A stretch of 64,000 bases of DNA from Alphaproteobacteria bacterium (lineage in GTDB: Bacteria > Pseudomonadota > Alphaproteobacteria > SP197). The translations under genes and the position numbers were made by a program. Below the pieces are notes generated by a model, which saw only the letters and a program-made list of their open reading frames with translations, was not told where the DNA came from and made no database searches. The stretch lies in assembly GCA_964291415.2 (NCBI GenBank), contig OZ219920.1:736001-800000 (forward strand), given 5' to 3'. This document shows positions 52,339-62,854 of this stretch, in pieces; within the stretch, counting starts at the first letter, position 1, and each line of letters starts with the position of its first letter.

Positions 52339-53005
52339 GCATCAAGCTCCCTTGAGACCATGGTCAATCATGACAACTGTCGCCGGCCGATGCCAACCCG
52401 GGCCATGCACATCGAGTTTCGGGTGCCTGCATCGGTCAGGGCAGAGATCATTCGCCCCGACTGCAAGCCGCATCGTGTGCGGTGATGTCGCGTCATCCCG
52501 GACTCGTATCGAACACCGGCACGACGTTCCCCTTCGTGGTGTCAACCCGATCTTGCCCCTGGAATCTGCGTCATGTCCGGCGGCGGACATGGGTCCACGT
52601 CCAGGTTGTTGTCATCGACGTGTCGGGAAAGCCTGAACGGTTCGACGGGAACCTCAAAGGCAGGCGGGGCTCACCTCCCCACGCCAAGGCTTGCAACAGC
52701 ACGGTGACCCGCAGGTCTCCATCCGCCAAGACCGGCATTGAACGGATGGATGACACGGAGCATGCCATCACACAGATGACGCCAATCGCGGGCTCTTGCA
52801 CTGAAGGGCAGAACCGACCTCATGTTCCCGTTCGCCCTCGGCGGCGTCGGCAAGCCGCGATATCGAGATCAGCTGGCCGCGAATGGCATGAGCAGTTGCT
52901 TGACGTTCCCCCGAGAACGGATGAACCTGATTTGGCTGGAACCGGGACAACCGGCTCGACTCCAGGAAGGAGACATCAATTTCGAAGTAGGGGGAGGAAT
53001 CAATC

Positions 53006-54133
53006 GTGGACAAGTCCAGACTTCGGGATCTGATTTACGCGTCGCGCACCGATCGTCGCGCCTTCAACCGCCATCTTGCTTCGCTGGGTCTGGCGTGTGT
53101 CGCCGTGCCGCTGGCGCCACGAATGGTCCGAGCCGCCGGTGACATGACCTATTTCACGTGGGCCGGCTACGAGATTCCCGAACTGCATCCTGCCTATGTC
53201 GAAGAGTACGGCGGATCACCGGAGGTCGCCTTCTTCGCCGACGAGGAAGAGGCCCTGATCAAGCTGCGGCAAGGTTACAATGCCGACGTCGTTCATCCCT
53301 GCAACACCGTCGTTCAGCGTTGGTATGAGGCCGGTGTCATCAAGCAACTCGACACGTCGCGATTGCAGTACTGGGACAACCTCATTCCAGCATTGCGGGA
53401 CGTGCCTGGGACGACTGCGGATGGCAAGCCGATCTTTGTGGCGAATGACTGGGGCAGCCACTCGATCGCCTATCGCACCGACGTGATCGATCCGGACTAC
53501 GCCAGGGAGAAATCCTGGGAATTGTTGCTCGATGAAAACTATGCCGGGCGTCTGTCGATGTGGGACTCGGTGGACGCGGCTGTCGCTTTCGCCGCCATGA
53601 TCCTCGGGGTCCGGGACACAACCAGCGTCACCGACGACCAGGTCGCGCAGATGAAGGATGTTCTGTTGCGTCAAAAGGCATTGTTGCGCTCCTATTGGTC
53701 GGTCGAGACCGACGGCGAGGCCATGATGTCGTCCGGTGAAGTCGTCGCCTCGTATTTCTGGAGCGGGCCAATCCTGAGGCTCCAGAATGCCGGCATTCCC
53801 GTGGAGTACATGCTTGATCCGAAAGGCGGCATCATTTCGTGGGCCTGCGGGCTCGTCATGGCCGCAAACGGCGGCGGCGACGAAGAGGCGGCCTACGACT
53901 TCATCAATGCCTGGAACTCGCCCGAAGCCGGCAAGTTCCTCATTGAGGTCTACGGCTACGGCCACGCGAACCTGCTGACCTACGACATCGTCGATCCGTC
54001 GATTCTCGATGCCATGGGGCTCGGCGGCGACATCGCCGGGTACCTTTCGGACTCGCTTCCATGGCAGTCGTGGCCACCCGAAGCGCTGCAGCGCTACGTC
54101 ACCATGTACGATGAGGTGAAGCTGGCCGAGTGA
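53006..54133 (+). CDS. PotD/PotF-like polyamine substrate-binding protein with a Tat-like signal
   Basis: DRRAF signal; YFTWAGY, LDTSRL..W, PKGG..SW.CG, AYDFINAW. Confidence 0.82.
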   Translation: MDKSRLRDLIYASRTDRRAFNRHLASLGLACVAVPLAPRMVRAAGDMTYFTWAGYEIPELHPAYVEEYGGSPEVAFFADEEEALIKLRQGYNADVVHPCNTVVQRWYEAGVIKQLDTSRLQYWDNLIPALRDVPGTTADGKPIFVANDWGSHSIAYRTDVIDPDYAREKSWELLLDENYAGRLSMWDSVDAAVAFAAMILGVRDTTSVTDDQVAQMKDVLLRQKALLRSYWSVETDGEAMMSSGEVVASYFWSGPILRLQNAGIPVEYMLDPKGGIISWACGLVMAANGGGDEEAAYDFINAWNSPEAGKFLIEVYGYGHANLLTYDIVDPSILDAMGLGGDIAGYLSDSLPWQSWPPEALQRYVTMYDEVKLAE

Positions 54134-54218
54134 GCGCCGGAACCGGCAGTTCTGGCGTTGGTTGGCCCGATTGCGATCTTGCGGCTGAACCGGATCTGAT
54201 CGTTCGCGAAAGGAATCG

Positions 54219-56414
54219 ATGACGACAACAAGACCGATGATGTGTCGCTTCTGCGACAACGGTTGCGGCGTCTTGATTGAGCTCGAGAACGGGCGCCCGG
54301 TGAAGGTTCGCGGTGATCGCGACAACCCGGCATACGCAGGCTTCTGCTGCATCAAGGGACAGCAGGTGCCCGACCAGTGGAATCACCCGGGGCGCCTGCT
54401 GCACAGTCAAAGGCGCATGGCCGACGGGACGTATCGTCCGATCCCGCTTTGCGATGCGGTCGAGGAGATCAGCGAGCGACTGAGCGACATCGTGGCGAAG
54501 CACGGGCCACGATCGGTTGCGCTCTACAGAGGCACCTACAGTGTCGTCAATCCCGCGACGGTGCCGGTTGCCCTTGCCTTCATGGAGGCAATCGGATCGC
54601 CCCTGGTTTTCGACACGAATTCGATCGATCAACCGGGCAAGGCCGTTGCCCAGGCCCTCCACGGAACCTGGCTGGCACCTCCGCCGGCGTTCGAAACGCG
54701 GGATGTCGCCCTCTTGATCGGCGCCAACCCGCTGGTCTCCTATCAGATGGGTCTGCCGCTGGCGAACCCGGGACGCGAACTGACGGCCGCCATCGCTCGC
54801 GGAATGCGCCTTATCGTCATCGACCCACGGCGGACCGAGACTGCCCGACGTGCACGCCTGCACCTGCAGTGCCGGCCCGGCCACGACCTGGTTCTGGTCG
54901 CGGCAATGCTCAACGTCATCTTCCGCGAGAACCTGTTCGACGGGGAGTTCGTCAAGGAGAACGTGACGGGCCTCGAAGCGCTCCGGACCTCCGTGGCGCC
55001 ATTCGAACCCGACCTTGTCGGCGAGCGCGCAGGCGTTCCGGTCGCCGACCTGTTGGAGGCAGCGCGGATCTTTGCCGCGGGACGCGGCGTTGCGACCGCC
55101 GGTACGGCCCCGAGTTTCAACGGCGAGGGCACGCTCTTCGAGTACCTGCTCCTGGCGCTCAACACGGTCTGCGGACAGTGGAGTCGCGTGGGAGATGCCG
55201 TGACGCATACCGGGACCCTGACGCCCGCCTTTCCCGCCATCGCACAGGCGTCCGCGCCACACCGTGGCTACGGCTATGATCCGCAGCTCCGGGTGCGCGA
55301 TATCGCCAACTGCGACGGCGGCCTCCAGGTGTCGGCACTGGCCGAGGAGATCCTGCTTGAAGGCAACGGGCAGATTCGTGCGCTCGTGAGCGTTGCCGGC
55401 AACCCTGCCGTGACCATTCCCGATCAGGTCCTGAACGTGCGGGCGCTCGAGTCGCTCGATCTGCTGGTACAGATCGACATCAAGTTCTCGGCAACGGCCC
55501 GCCTCGCAGACTACGTGATCGCGCCGAAACTCCCTGTCGAGATGGCAGGCATGACCCTGTCCCAGGAGCTCACCAGTTTCTATGCGCCCGGCATGGGCTA
55601 CAAGGACGCCTACGCGCAGTACACGCCGCCCATCGTCGAGCCGCCCGAGGGGTCGGATGTTGTCGAGGACTGGGAATTCTTCTATGTCCTGGCGCAGCAC
55701 ATGGGGCTGCGACTCGCGATCGAACCGGCAGCCGCTCCGGGGACGTCTGTCAACGGCGGCAAGGTCGACCTCGACATGGAGTCTCGACCGAGTACCGACG
55801 AAGTCTTCGAGATCCTGACGCGTGATGCGCGAGTGCCGCTGGAAGAGGTCAGGAAACATCCCCACGGCGCCATCTTCCGTGACGAGTCACTGGTCGTCGA
55901 AGGACGCGAGCCGGGCTGGGCCGAGCGTCTCGACGTTGGCAACCCGGAGATGCTTGGCGATCTTGCGGAGGCGGCCGACGATTTCGAGAACGCCCGGCAC
56001 ACCGAAGCGCAGGAACTCCGCCCCTATCGCCTGATCAACGGGCGCCTGATACACGCCTACAACACGAACGGTCAGGACCTCGAGGGGCTGCGGCGCAAGT
56101 GGCCCTACAATCCGGCGTTCATGCATCCCGACGACCTCGATCGCGAAGCCCTCTGCGCGGGGGATACGGTTGAGATTCGTTCCAAGCACGGCTCGATCCG
56201 GGGCATCGTCCAGCCTGACCCCGACCTTCGGATCGGCGTCGTCTCCATGGCGCCAACATACGGTGGCCTCCCCGGCGAGCAGGACGAACAGGTCCACGAG
56301 CGGGGAACGAACTCCGGTCGTCTGCTACGTGTCGACGACGGTGTCGATCGCTACACGGGCCAGCCAAGGATGGGGAACATTCCTGTCAGCGTGCGAGCCT
56401 GGGTCAAGAACTGA
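54219..56414 (+). CDS. Molybdopterin-dependent oxidoreductase (DMSO reductase superfamily) with an N-terminal Fe-S motif
   Basis: CRFCDNGC…CIKG, IGANP, VIDPRRTETA, GNP, MHPDD…GD.VEIRS.HG. Confidence 0.88.
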   Translation: MTTTRPMMCRFCDNGCGVLIELENGRPVKVRGDRDNPAYAGFCCIKGQQVPDQWNHPGRLLHSQRRMADGTYRPIPLCDAVEEISERLSDIVAKHGPRSVALYRGTYSVVNPATVPVALAFMEAIGSPLVFDTNSIDQPGKAVAQALHGTWLAPPPAFETRDVALLIGANPLVSYQMGLPLANPGRELTAAIARGMRLIVIDPRRTETARRARLHLQCRPGHDLVLVAAMLNVIFRENLFDGEFVKENVTGLEALRTSVAPFEPDLVGERAGVPVADLLEAARIFAAGRGVATAGTAPSFNGEGTLFEYLLLALNTVCGQWSRVGDAVTHTGTLTPAFPAIAQASAPHRGYGYDPQLRVRDIANCDGGLQVSALAEEILLEGNGQIRALVSVAGNPAVTIPDQVLNVRALESLDLLVQIDIKFSATARLADYVIAPKLPVEMAGMTLSQELTSFYAPGMGYKDAYAQYTPPIVEPPEGSDVVEDWEFFYVLAQHMGLRLAIEPAAAPGTSVNGGKVDLDMESRPSTDEVFEILTRDARVPLEEVRKHPHGAIFRDESLVVEGREPGWAERLDVGNPEMLGDLAEAADDFENARHTEAQELRPYRLINGRLIHAYNTNGQDLEGLRRKWPYNPAFMHPDDLDREALCAGDTVEIRSKHGSIRGIVQPDPDLRIGVVSMAPTYGGLPGEQDEQVHERGTNSGRLLRVDDGVDRYTGQPRMGNIPVSVRAWVKN

Positions 56415-56658
56415 CCCGGAGTCGTGACGGTTGGTACAATCTCCTGCAAGGGGTGGAGACTGATGCCTCTGCTCTCAATCGGACATCCTCGCGTCTCACC
56501 CGGTATCGTGTCGCGCGGACTGGCTCCATGCCGGCTTCAGGCTGTCGCGTCGCGGCAGCGGGACAACCTGAACCACTGCGAAGAACAGGGATTCGACGAT
56601 GTCCTGTCGCGTGCGCCGCAGCAACGACGGACAGCACGCCCGGTCGCGCGCCTTGGCC

Positions 56659-57570
56659 TTACGGCGTCCTTCTTGCTCCGAAGGCGCCGATGTAGCCGGT
56701 GGTGTCGAAGACGCCCCAGGCCTCCTCGTGCGCCGGCCCGTGGAAGGCTCCGGAGAGGTGGTCGGTCCCGGCGACGCCCGCGGCGAAGCGGCCGCCGGCA
56801 AGCGCCATGCCGGTCCAGTCGCCGATGGTGTGGCCGGCCACGTCGATGCCGACATCGACCCGCGGCTGCGAGAGATCGGCGATGGTCACCGTCGCCGTGC
56901 CCATGAGCCGCTCGAAGGTCCCCGTCGGGCTCGCCTCGGCGATGCCTCGCCACGTCGCGCTCCCCGTGCCGGCGGGGTTCGTGCCCGTGGCGTCGCCCGC
57001 CACGTAGGCCCGGGCCAGGGAGAAGCCGCCGGTGTACGCCGTCCCCTCGATCGTCGCCGCCAGCGGGCCTTCGCCCAGCGCCAGCACCGCGAAGCCGTGA
57101 TCGCCCCAGAACCCCCAGCTCGTCACCTCCGGAGAGGCGCTGAGGACCTCGAGGCTCTCCCGCGTCGTCGCCGTGGCGAACCCGCCACGCGTGCCGAGGC
57201 TCGCCTCGATCGTCTCGGGGCCCATGGCGCCCGAGGCGGAGGCGTCGAACAGGTCCGCCACCGTGGTCGCCGTGCCGTCCGCCGCAACGCAGCGGCCGCC
57301 GGCGCAGGTGACGCCCTCGACGCTGGAGTCCTCGATCGCCGCCCCGCCCTCGGCCATCAGGGACGCGTGCGTGCGCGAGCCGGTCATCAGCAGCGTGTCG
57401 GCACGCTCGAGCACGCCGCCGAGGCGGGCCACGTCCTCGTTGGCCGAGCCCGACAGACCCGACCCCGCGCCCGGCTCGCCGGGCGAGGAGGAGCCCCCGC
57501 CGCCGCCGCAGGCGGCGAGGGCCACGGCCGCGGCCACCACGGCCGCGGTCATCACTGTCCTGGAGTTCAT
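56659..57570 (-). CDS. Surface lipoprotein with a TbpB/HupA-like C-terminal beta-barrel
   Basis: Lipobox LAAC, Gly/Ser linker, ATWRG, LSGAFHGPAHEEAWGVF…YIGAFGARR; start could be 57579 or 57591. Confidence 0.75.
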   Translation of the reverse strand: MNSRTVMTAAVVAAAVALAACGGGGGSSSPGEPGAGSGLSGSANEDVARLGGVLERADTLLMTGSRTHASLMAEGGAAIEDSSVEGVTCAGGRCVAADGTATTVADLFDASASGAMGPETIEASLGTRGGFATATTRESLEVLSASPEVTSWGFWGDHGFAVLALGEGPLAATIEGTAYTGGFSLARAYVAGDATGTNPAGTGSATWRGIAEASPTGTFERLMGTATVTIADLSQPRVDVGIDVAGHTIGDWTGMALAGGRFAAGVAGTDHLSGAFHGPAHEEAWGVFDTTGYIGAFGARRTP

Positions 57571-57608
57571 CGCAAGCATCCCTCTTGTCACGTTGGATCC
57601 GCGCCGGC

Positions 57609-60600
57609 TCAGAAGCGCAGACGCACGTCAAGCCTGAGCAGGTGCTCGGTCCCGGCGCCCTCGCGGCGCTCGCCCGCAAACTCGACATGCAGGCGCTCCG
57701 CCTCGAAGCGCGTCCCCAGCCGCAGCCGCCGGCTGTCGCCGCCGGCCACGCCGGTCTCCGCAAACGGCGTCAGCAACCCGTAGGGCGTCACGCCCAGGCC
57801 GTAGCCGATGCGCGCGTCCAGCGCCATGGCGCCGCCACCCGACGCCTCGCCCACCGTCGGCAGCTCGGCGCCCCACAGCGCCTCGGCGGCGCCCGTGCCG
57901 GCCCCCCAGTGCGGGCTCAGCATCAGCGACAGGCCGCGGCCCTGGGCTCCCGGACCGACACGCGCCGTCACGCTCACGCCGCGCTCCTCGGCGCCCTCCT
58001 CGGAGTGCGCCGCCAGCCAGCGGCCCCGCGCCTCCACATGGAACCGCGGCGCCGTGTAGCGCACGCCGCCCACGGTCTCCAGGCCGCTCCCGGCCAGACC
58101 GTCGCCGCCGTCGCGCCGCGCCGCCGCCTCGACGAAGGGCACCAGCGCCGTGTCGCCGTCCAGCGCAATGCGCCGCGACGCCTCCAGGCCCGTGCGCAGG
58201 CGCCAGCTGTCCGCCGTCAGGCCGTCCACATAGTCCGGGCCGTCGTCGGTCTCCAGGCGCGCCAGGCTGGCGTCCGCCCGCACCGCAAGGTCGAGGCCGG
58301 CCAGGGCCGGAAGCGCATGGCGCAGTCCCGCCGAGCCCATCCACATCACAAGGTCGCTGGTCTCGGCCTCGCCGCCCTCCAGGCGGTGCCGCGCCTCGCC
58401 GCGGCCGGCGCCCAGAACGCCGTGCAGTTCCAGGTCCTCCGACAGCGTCCACCGCCCGTAGGGGTAGAGCGCCGTCAGATCGGTCTCCAGGCGGCCCTCG
58501 CCGGAGCCCGCCGCGCCGTCGAAGCGGTAGTCCGCCTCGCCCGTGCCGTGGCTCACCGCCAGACCCGCCACCCACGGTCCCGACCGGGCGTCGATGCCCA
58601 GCCAGCCCGTGCGCAGCTCGCCCTCGTAGCGCATCCCTTCCGGGCGCCCCGCGAAGGTCCCGAGATCGCCGCGGCCCCACACCGCCCACAGCGGTGCATC
58701 CGAACCCTCGGCCTCACCCAGCGTCAGCGAGAACGCGCTCGCCTGCATGAGCTCTTCGGCCTCGACGCTCCGGCTGCGCACCGAAGCGCAGACCTCGCCG
58801 GCGTCCGTCTGCCCGAGGCGGCCCGGAACGTCGGGCACACACCTCCGCCCCACATCCGCAGGACCCGCCCCGGACACCCCGAACGGCACCGTCTCGCCGG
58901 CCAGCGTCAGACCGCTCGCCGGCACCGAGGCCGCAAACCGCGCCGCGATGTTGTCGAGCGCGCTCGACAGCGCCCGCCGCGCCACCGCCGCCAGCGTGCG
59001 CCGCACCGAACGCTTCACCAGCGCCGTGCGGGCGTCCGCCACCGTCACCTGGAACGTCAGGATCGCCGCATCCGTGTCCGCCAGGTTGGCGTCCGCGTCG
59101 TCCGCCCGCCAGGTGAAGACCCACTCTCCCTGCGACGCCGGCGTCCCCGACAGCGTCCGCGATCGCCGCGTCGATGTCGAGACCCGCCAGGCCCGCGGGA
59201 TCCGAGGTCAGGGCGTAGCTCAGCTCGCCGTTGCCCCCCGTCGCCGCCGGCAGCTCCGCAGGCTCCATCGCCTCGCCAACCGTCAGCACCAGGGATGCCA
59301 TCGGCGCCCCGAAGACCGGCGCCGTGTCGTCGTCGACCGGCTCCGTCGGCTCCGTCGGTCCCGTGTCACCGCCGGGCGAGACGTCGGGTGGAGGCCGGAG
59401 TCACCTTCAAGGCCTCGAAGCCCGCCGCCACGTTGCCCGCGATGTCCTGGATCGGGTCGTCGCTACGTCCGGATCGGAGTTCCGGTAGGTCCAGGTTCAC
59501 GCGCTGGCCGTCCGTCACCGTCCGGCCCAGCGTCAGCACCACCGTCCGGCCGGCCACCTCGACTTTGCTCACGATCGTGTGGATGTTGGTTACGGTCCCA
59601 TCGGAGTGGATGTCGTCCACGCTGACGGTGAACCTGGACGGCTCAGGCGCTGGCGTGCGGGACGGGTGCAGATACTCGTCGTAGACGAGCGTCAGCACCT
59701 TCCCCTGCACGCTGGCGCTGCGCAGCTCCGGCGCCTTCGCGTCGGACGTGAGGTTGTCGACCTCCTCGCCGTCGAGGTCTGGCGCCTCGTTGAGTTTCGC
59801 GTGGGTGTCCCGGATCGGGAATCGTGTCCTTCGTGTAGCTCACCGTGACCGCCTCGTCCTTGTCGACCGCCGAGTCCAGGGTCAGCACGACCGCGCTGCC
59901 GGTCACGTCGACGCCTGACGGTCGAGCGTATTCGTCCCCGCCGCCGTCACCGTGAAGTCCGTGGTCGCCGGCACGGAGTTCTGGTCCAGCGGCTCGTCGT
60001 AGAGCAGCGCCAGCGTCGTCGAGTGCACCACGGCGTCCTCCAGCACCGGCGGCTCGCCCGTGACGTTGTCGACCGCCTGGTCCGTGAAGCTCTCCACCGG
60101 ACCCCCCGTGCCGTCGGCAAGCCGGATCGGCTTTTCCGCGTCCGAGGTGTAGCTCACCGTGACCGTCTCGCCCTCGCCGACCGCCGAGGCCAGGGTCAGT
60201 TCCACCGTGCTGCCGCTCACGTCGACATCGGTGACGGAGAGCGAGTTGCCCGCTGCCGTCACCGCGAAGTCAGCCGGGGCTGGCTCGGAATCCTCGTCCA
60301 GCGCCTCGTCGAAGGTCAGTGTCAGCACCTGGCCGTCCACCGAAGCGGTCGCGAGTAACGGGCCGCACGCATACGCCGTCGTGCCGACGATCTCCGTCGA
60401 CACCGACGCCCCTTCGCCGTCGGTCGCTGTTACCGTGACCACCGTCTCGAACGTGCCGCCCGGGCCCGCTGGCCGCTGCGCCAGCGCGCATAGGTCGGCC
60501 ACGGATTTGATCGCGAAGGCCGCCTTCCTCAGGTGGGGGTAGTAACCCATCTGCTTGACCACGTCGGCGGGCTCCGCCGTGGCCGTGACGAGCAGCTGGT

Positions 60601-62709
60601 TGGCGGTGGGAGTGGGGTTGGGGGTTTCGGGGGTGGGAACGACAATCCCGGGGTTGCTGGTGATGTCCGGGTCGCTGAAGACCATGTCCATGAACACGAG
60701 AGTGCCCGGGGCGCGTTACGCATCAGATTGGTCTCGTCCACCATGACGGTCGGCCGGTGGTTGGACGTGTTCACCGTCACCGAAAAGTTCCTGAAGAAGG
60801 CCGTCGTCAGGTTGGCGCCCGGGCGGTGGCTCACGGTGACCGTGTCGCCGGCCCACGCCGCCTCCGGCAGCGTGAGCGTCACCGGCGTGGTCAGCACGTT
60901 GCCCAAAGTCGAGCCCGAGCCCACCTCAATCGTGCTCGGCGTCAGCGCCTGCCCGTTCACCGTGACCGTGTACTCGGAACTCTGCAGGCCGGACGGACTG
61001 AAGCTGGTGGAACTTTCACTTCTGTAGGACAGCGTCAGCGTCGTCCCGTCCAGTGTTGCGGACCCAAGCTGCGGGCACGTCGGCACGTTGCCGTTGCCTG
61101 AATAAGTGGTCAGGCGAAAATTCCGCGTGATCGACGCCGTCGCGCCGTAGGGGTCGGTCGCCGTCAGCGTGGCGGTGACCGTGGGATCCCCCTTGTTCCC
61201 GCGCGGAAGGATCAGCGGCTCGAGGTTCGCCAGCTGGCAGGGGGACTTGGCCATGTACCGAAGATACCTGTCAGTGACGTCGGAATTGTCGCTGTCGTCA
61301 ATGAACCCACCGTCAGTGTGCGCGTCGTCGCGGCTCAGGCTCAGCGAGAACGTCAGCGCGTCGCCGTCGGGGTCGCTGAACCACGACCTGTCGGCTTTCA
61401 GCGAGACCAGCTCCCCGCTCGGCGCGTCGACGCTTGCATCCCGCCGGATGTTCGGGAGGTTCTCGTGGAAGACGGGCGCATTGTTGTTCGCCCTCACATC
61501 CACCGCCACGTTGGTGAAGGAGGCCGTCTCGTTGCCGACGAGGTCCTGGATCGGACCGAACCTGAGGCCCGTCTGGCGCGCGAGCGACTTGTCATACTCC
61601 ACCGTGACGGACGTGGGGTTGGCCGGCACCGCTGAGGCCAGCGTCAGCGTGACGCTGCTGCCTGCAACCTCGGCGCGGTCGACCGTCACGCTGGACCGTA
61701 CCCCCCCGGGCTCCTGCACCCGAACCGAGAAGGCCAGGGTGGCCGGAACCGATCTCGGGTCCAGCTGCTCGTCGAAGTTCAGGCGAAGCCGCTTGGGCTC
61801 GGCTGTGACCAGGCGCGCGTTCGAAAGGGACGGAGCCGTACTGTCCTCCGTGCCGTTCACGCGGATCTTCATGGCAAGGGGGTTTGATCGCCATGCACCT
61901 GGGTCGGCTATGTCCTGGAATTGAACATCGTCGGCCACGCCCCACCCGGACTTCCCTCCCGAATCCTCGGTGTTGCTACGCGTAGTTTCGACAATGCCGC
62001 CTCCGGCAACGGTCACCCAGTACTCGGTATTGGGGTTCAGCGTCGTGCCGGCGGGCGCGGTGAACGCGAGATTGCGCATGTCGTACGCCGATGGATGGTT
62101 CAGGGTAGCGACCACTGTGGGCGTGGTGCTGCCGGGCAGTCCTGTGACCACTTGCACGGTCGTGGAAACACCCGGTCCCGACGCTGTGAATCTAATCTCG
62201 ATACTGCTGAGGTGGATGCTGACGCTACCGGTCGTGAACCCCTGCGCTCCTCTCCAACTCCCGGTATCTAAGATCGTATGGCCGGCCTGCCCGATATTGC
62301 TCACCAGCACGTCGGCGGACGCCGGCGCGGCCGTGGCGAGCGCTGCCGTCACGGTCACCAGCATCGCTGCTGCCCGCCCGGCAAAGGCGAGCGCGGGACG
62401 GAACGAGCGGGGACGCGCCGCTGGCCCGGAGCAGGCCCGGAAGGGTTCGGCGGACACGAGGCGGCCGACAAGGCCGGACAGGTGCGAAAGGAAGGGGGAG
62501 GCAGGTCCCGCCCTGAGGCGGAACGGCAGGCTCAGCGCGCGGGCAGGGCCATTCGAGGTGCGGGCATGCCGCTCCCGCCGGCGGGTCTCGTTGCGGCCGA
62601 CGGCGTCAAGCCACGCGCCGGACTGAGGAAACACGGGGCGCGCTCGGCGCCTGATTTTGCCACCAGAACCGCATTCGCGAACCGGGTTTTCGACTCGATG
62701 TGAAGTCAC
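57609..62709 (-). pseudogene. Large adhesin/autotransporter-like outer-membrane protein (about 1,700 aa) interrupted by five frameshifts
   Basis: Six consecutive in-style fragments: signal AAPASA/D, LVSNIGQ…QGFTTG domain, SwmB-like repeats (LTLTFDE.LD..S.P…F.V…V.GS.V.LTL…V.VSY), cadherin/Ig-like domains (FSDPDGD, RTLSGTP), and a beta-barrel ending VRLRF. Confidence 0.8.
59833..60229. repeat. Nucleotide-level tandem duplication of SwmB-like repeat units (period about 313 bp)
   Basis: gtgtagctcaccgtgaccg…gaccgccgag.ccagggtcag…gctgccg.tcacgtcgac at about 59834-59912 and 60147-60226. Confidence 0.7.
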
Positions 62710-62854
62710 TGACCCATCTCCCTCTCAGACAGTCCCACCGCCGGCCGCAACGCCGGGAACCGCTTCGGCGTCCTGGCCGCACAACCGCGGCTCGCAGACC
62801 CCGAAATCGTCCGATTCGACGCTATACGGGAATCTCAAGTCCCGAAAAGTCCTA

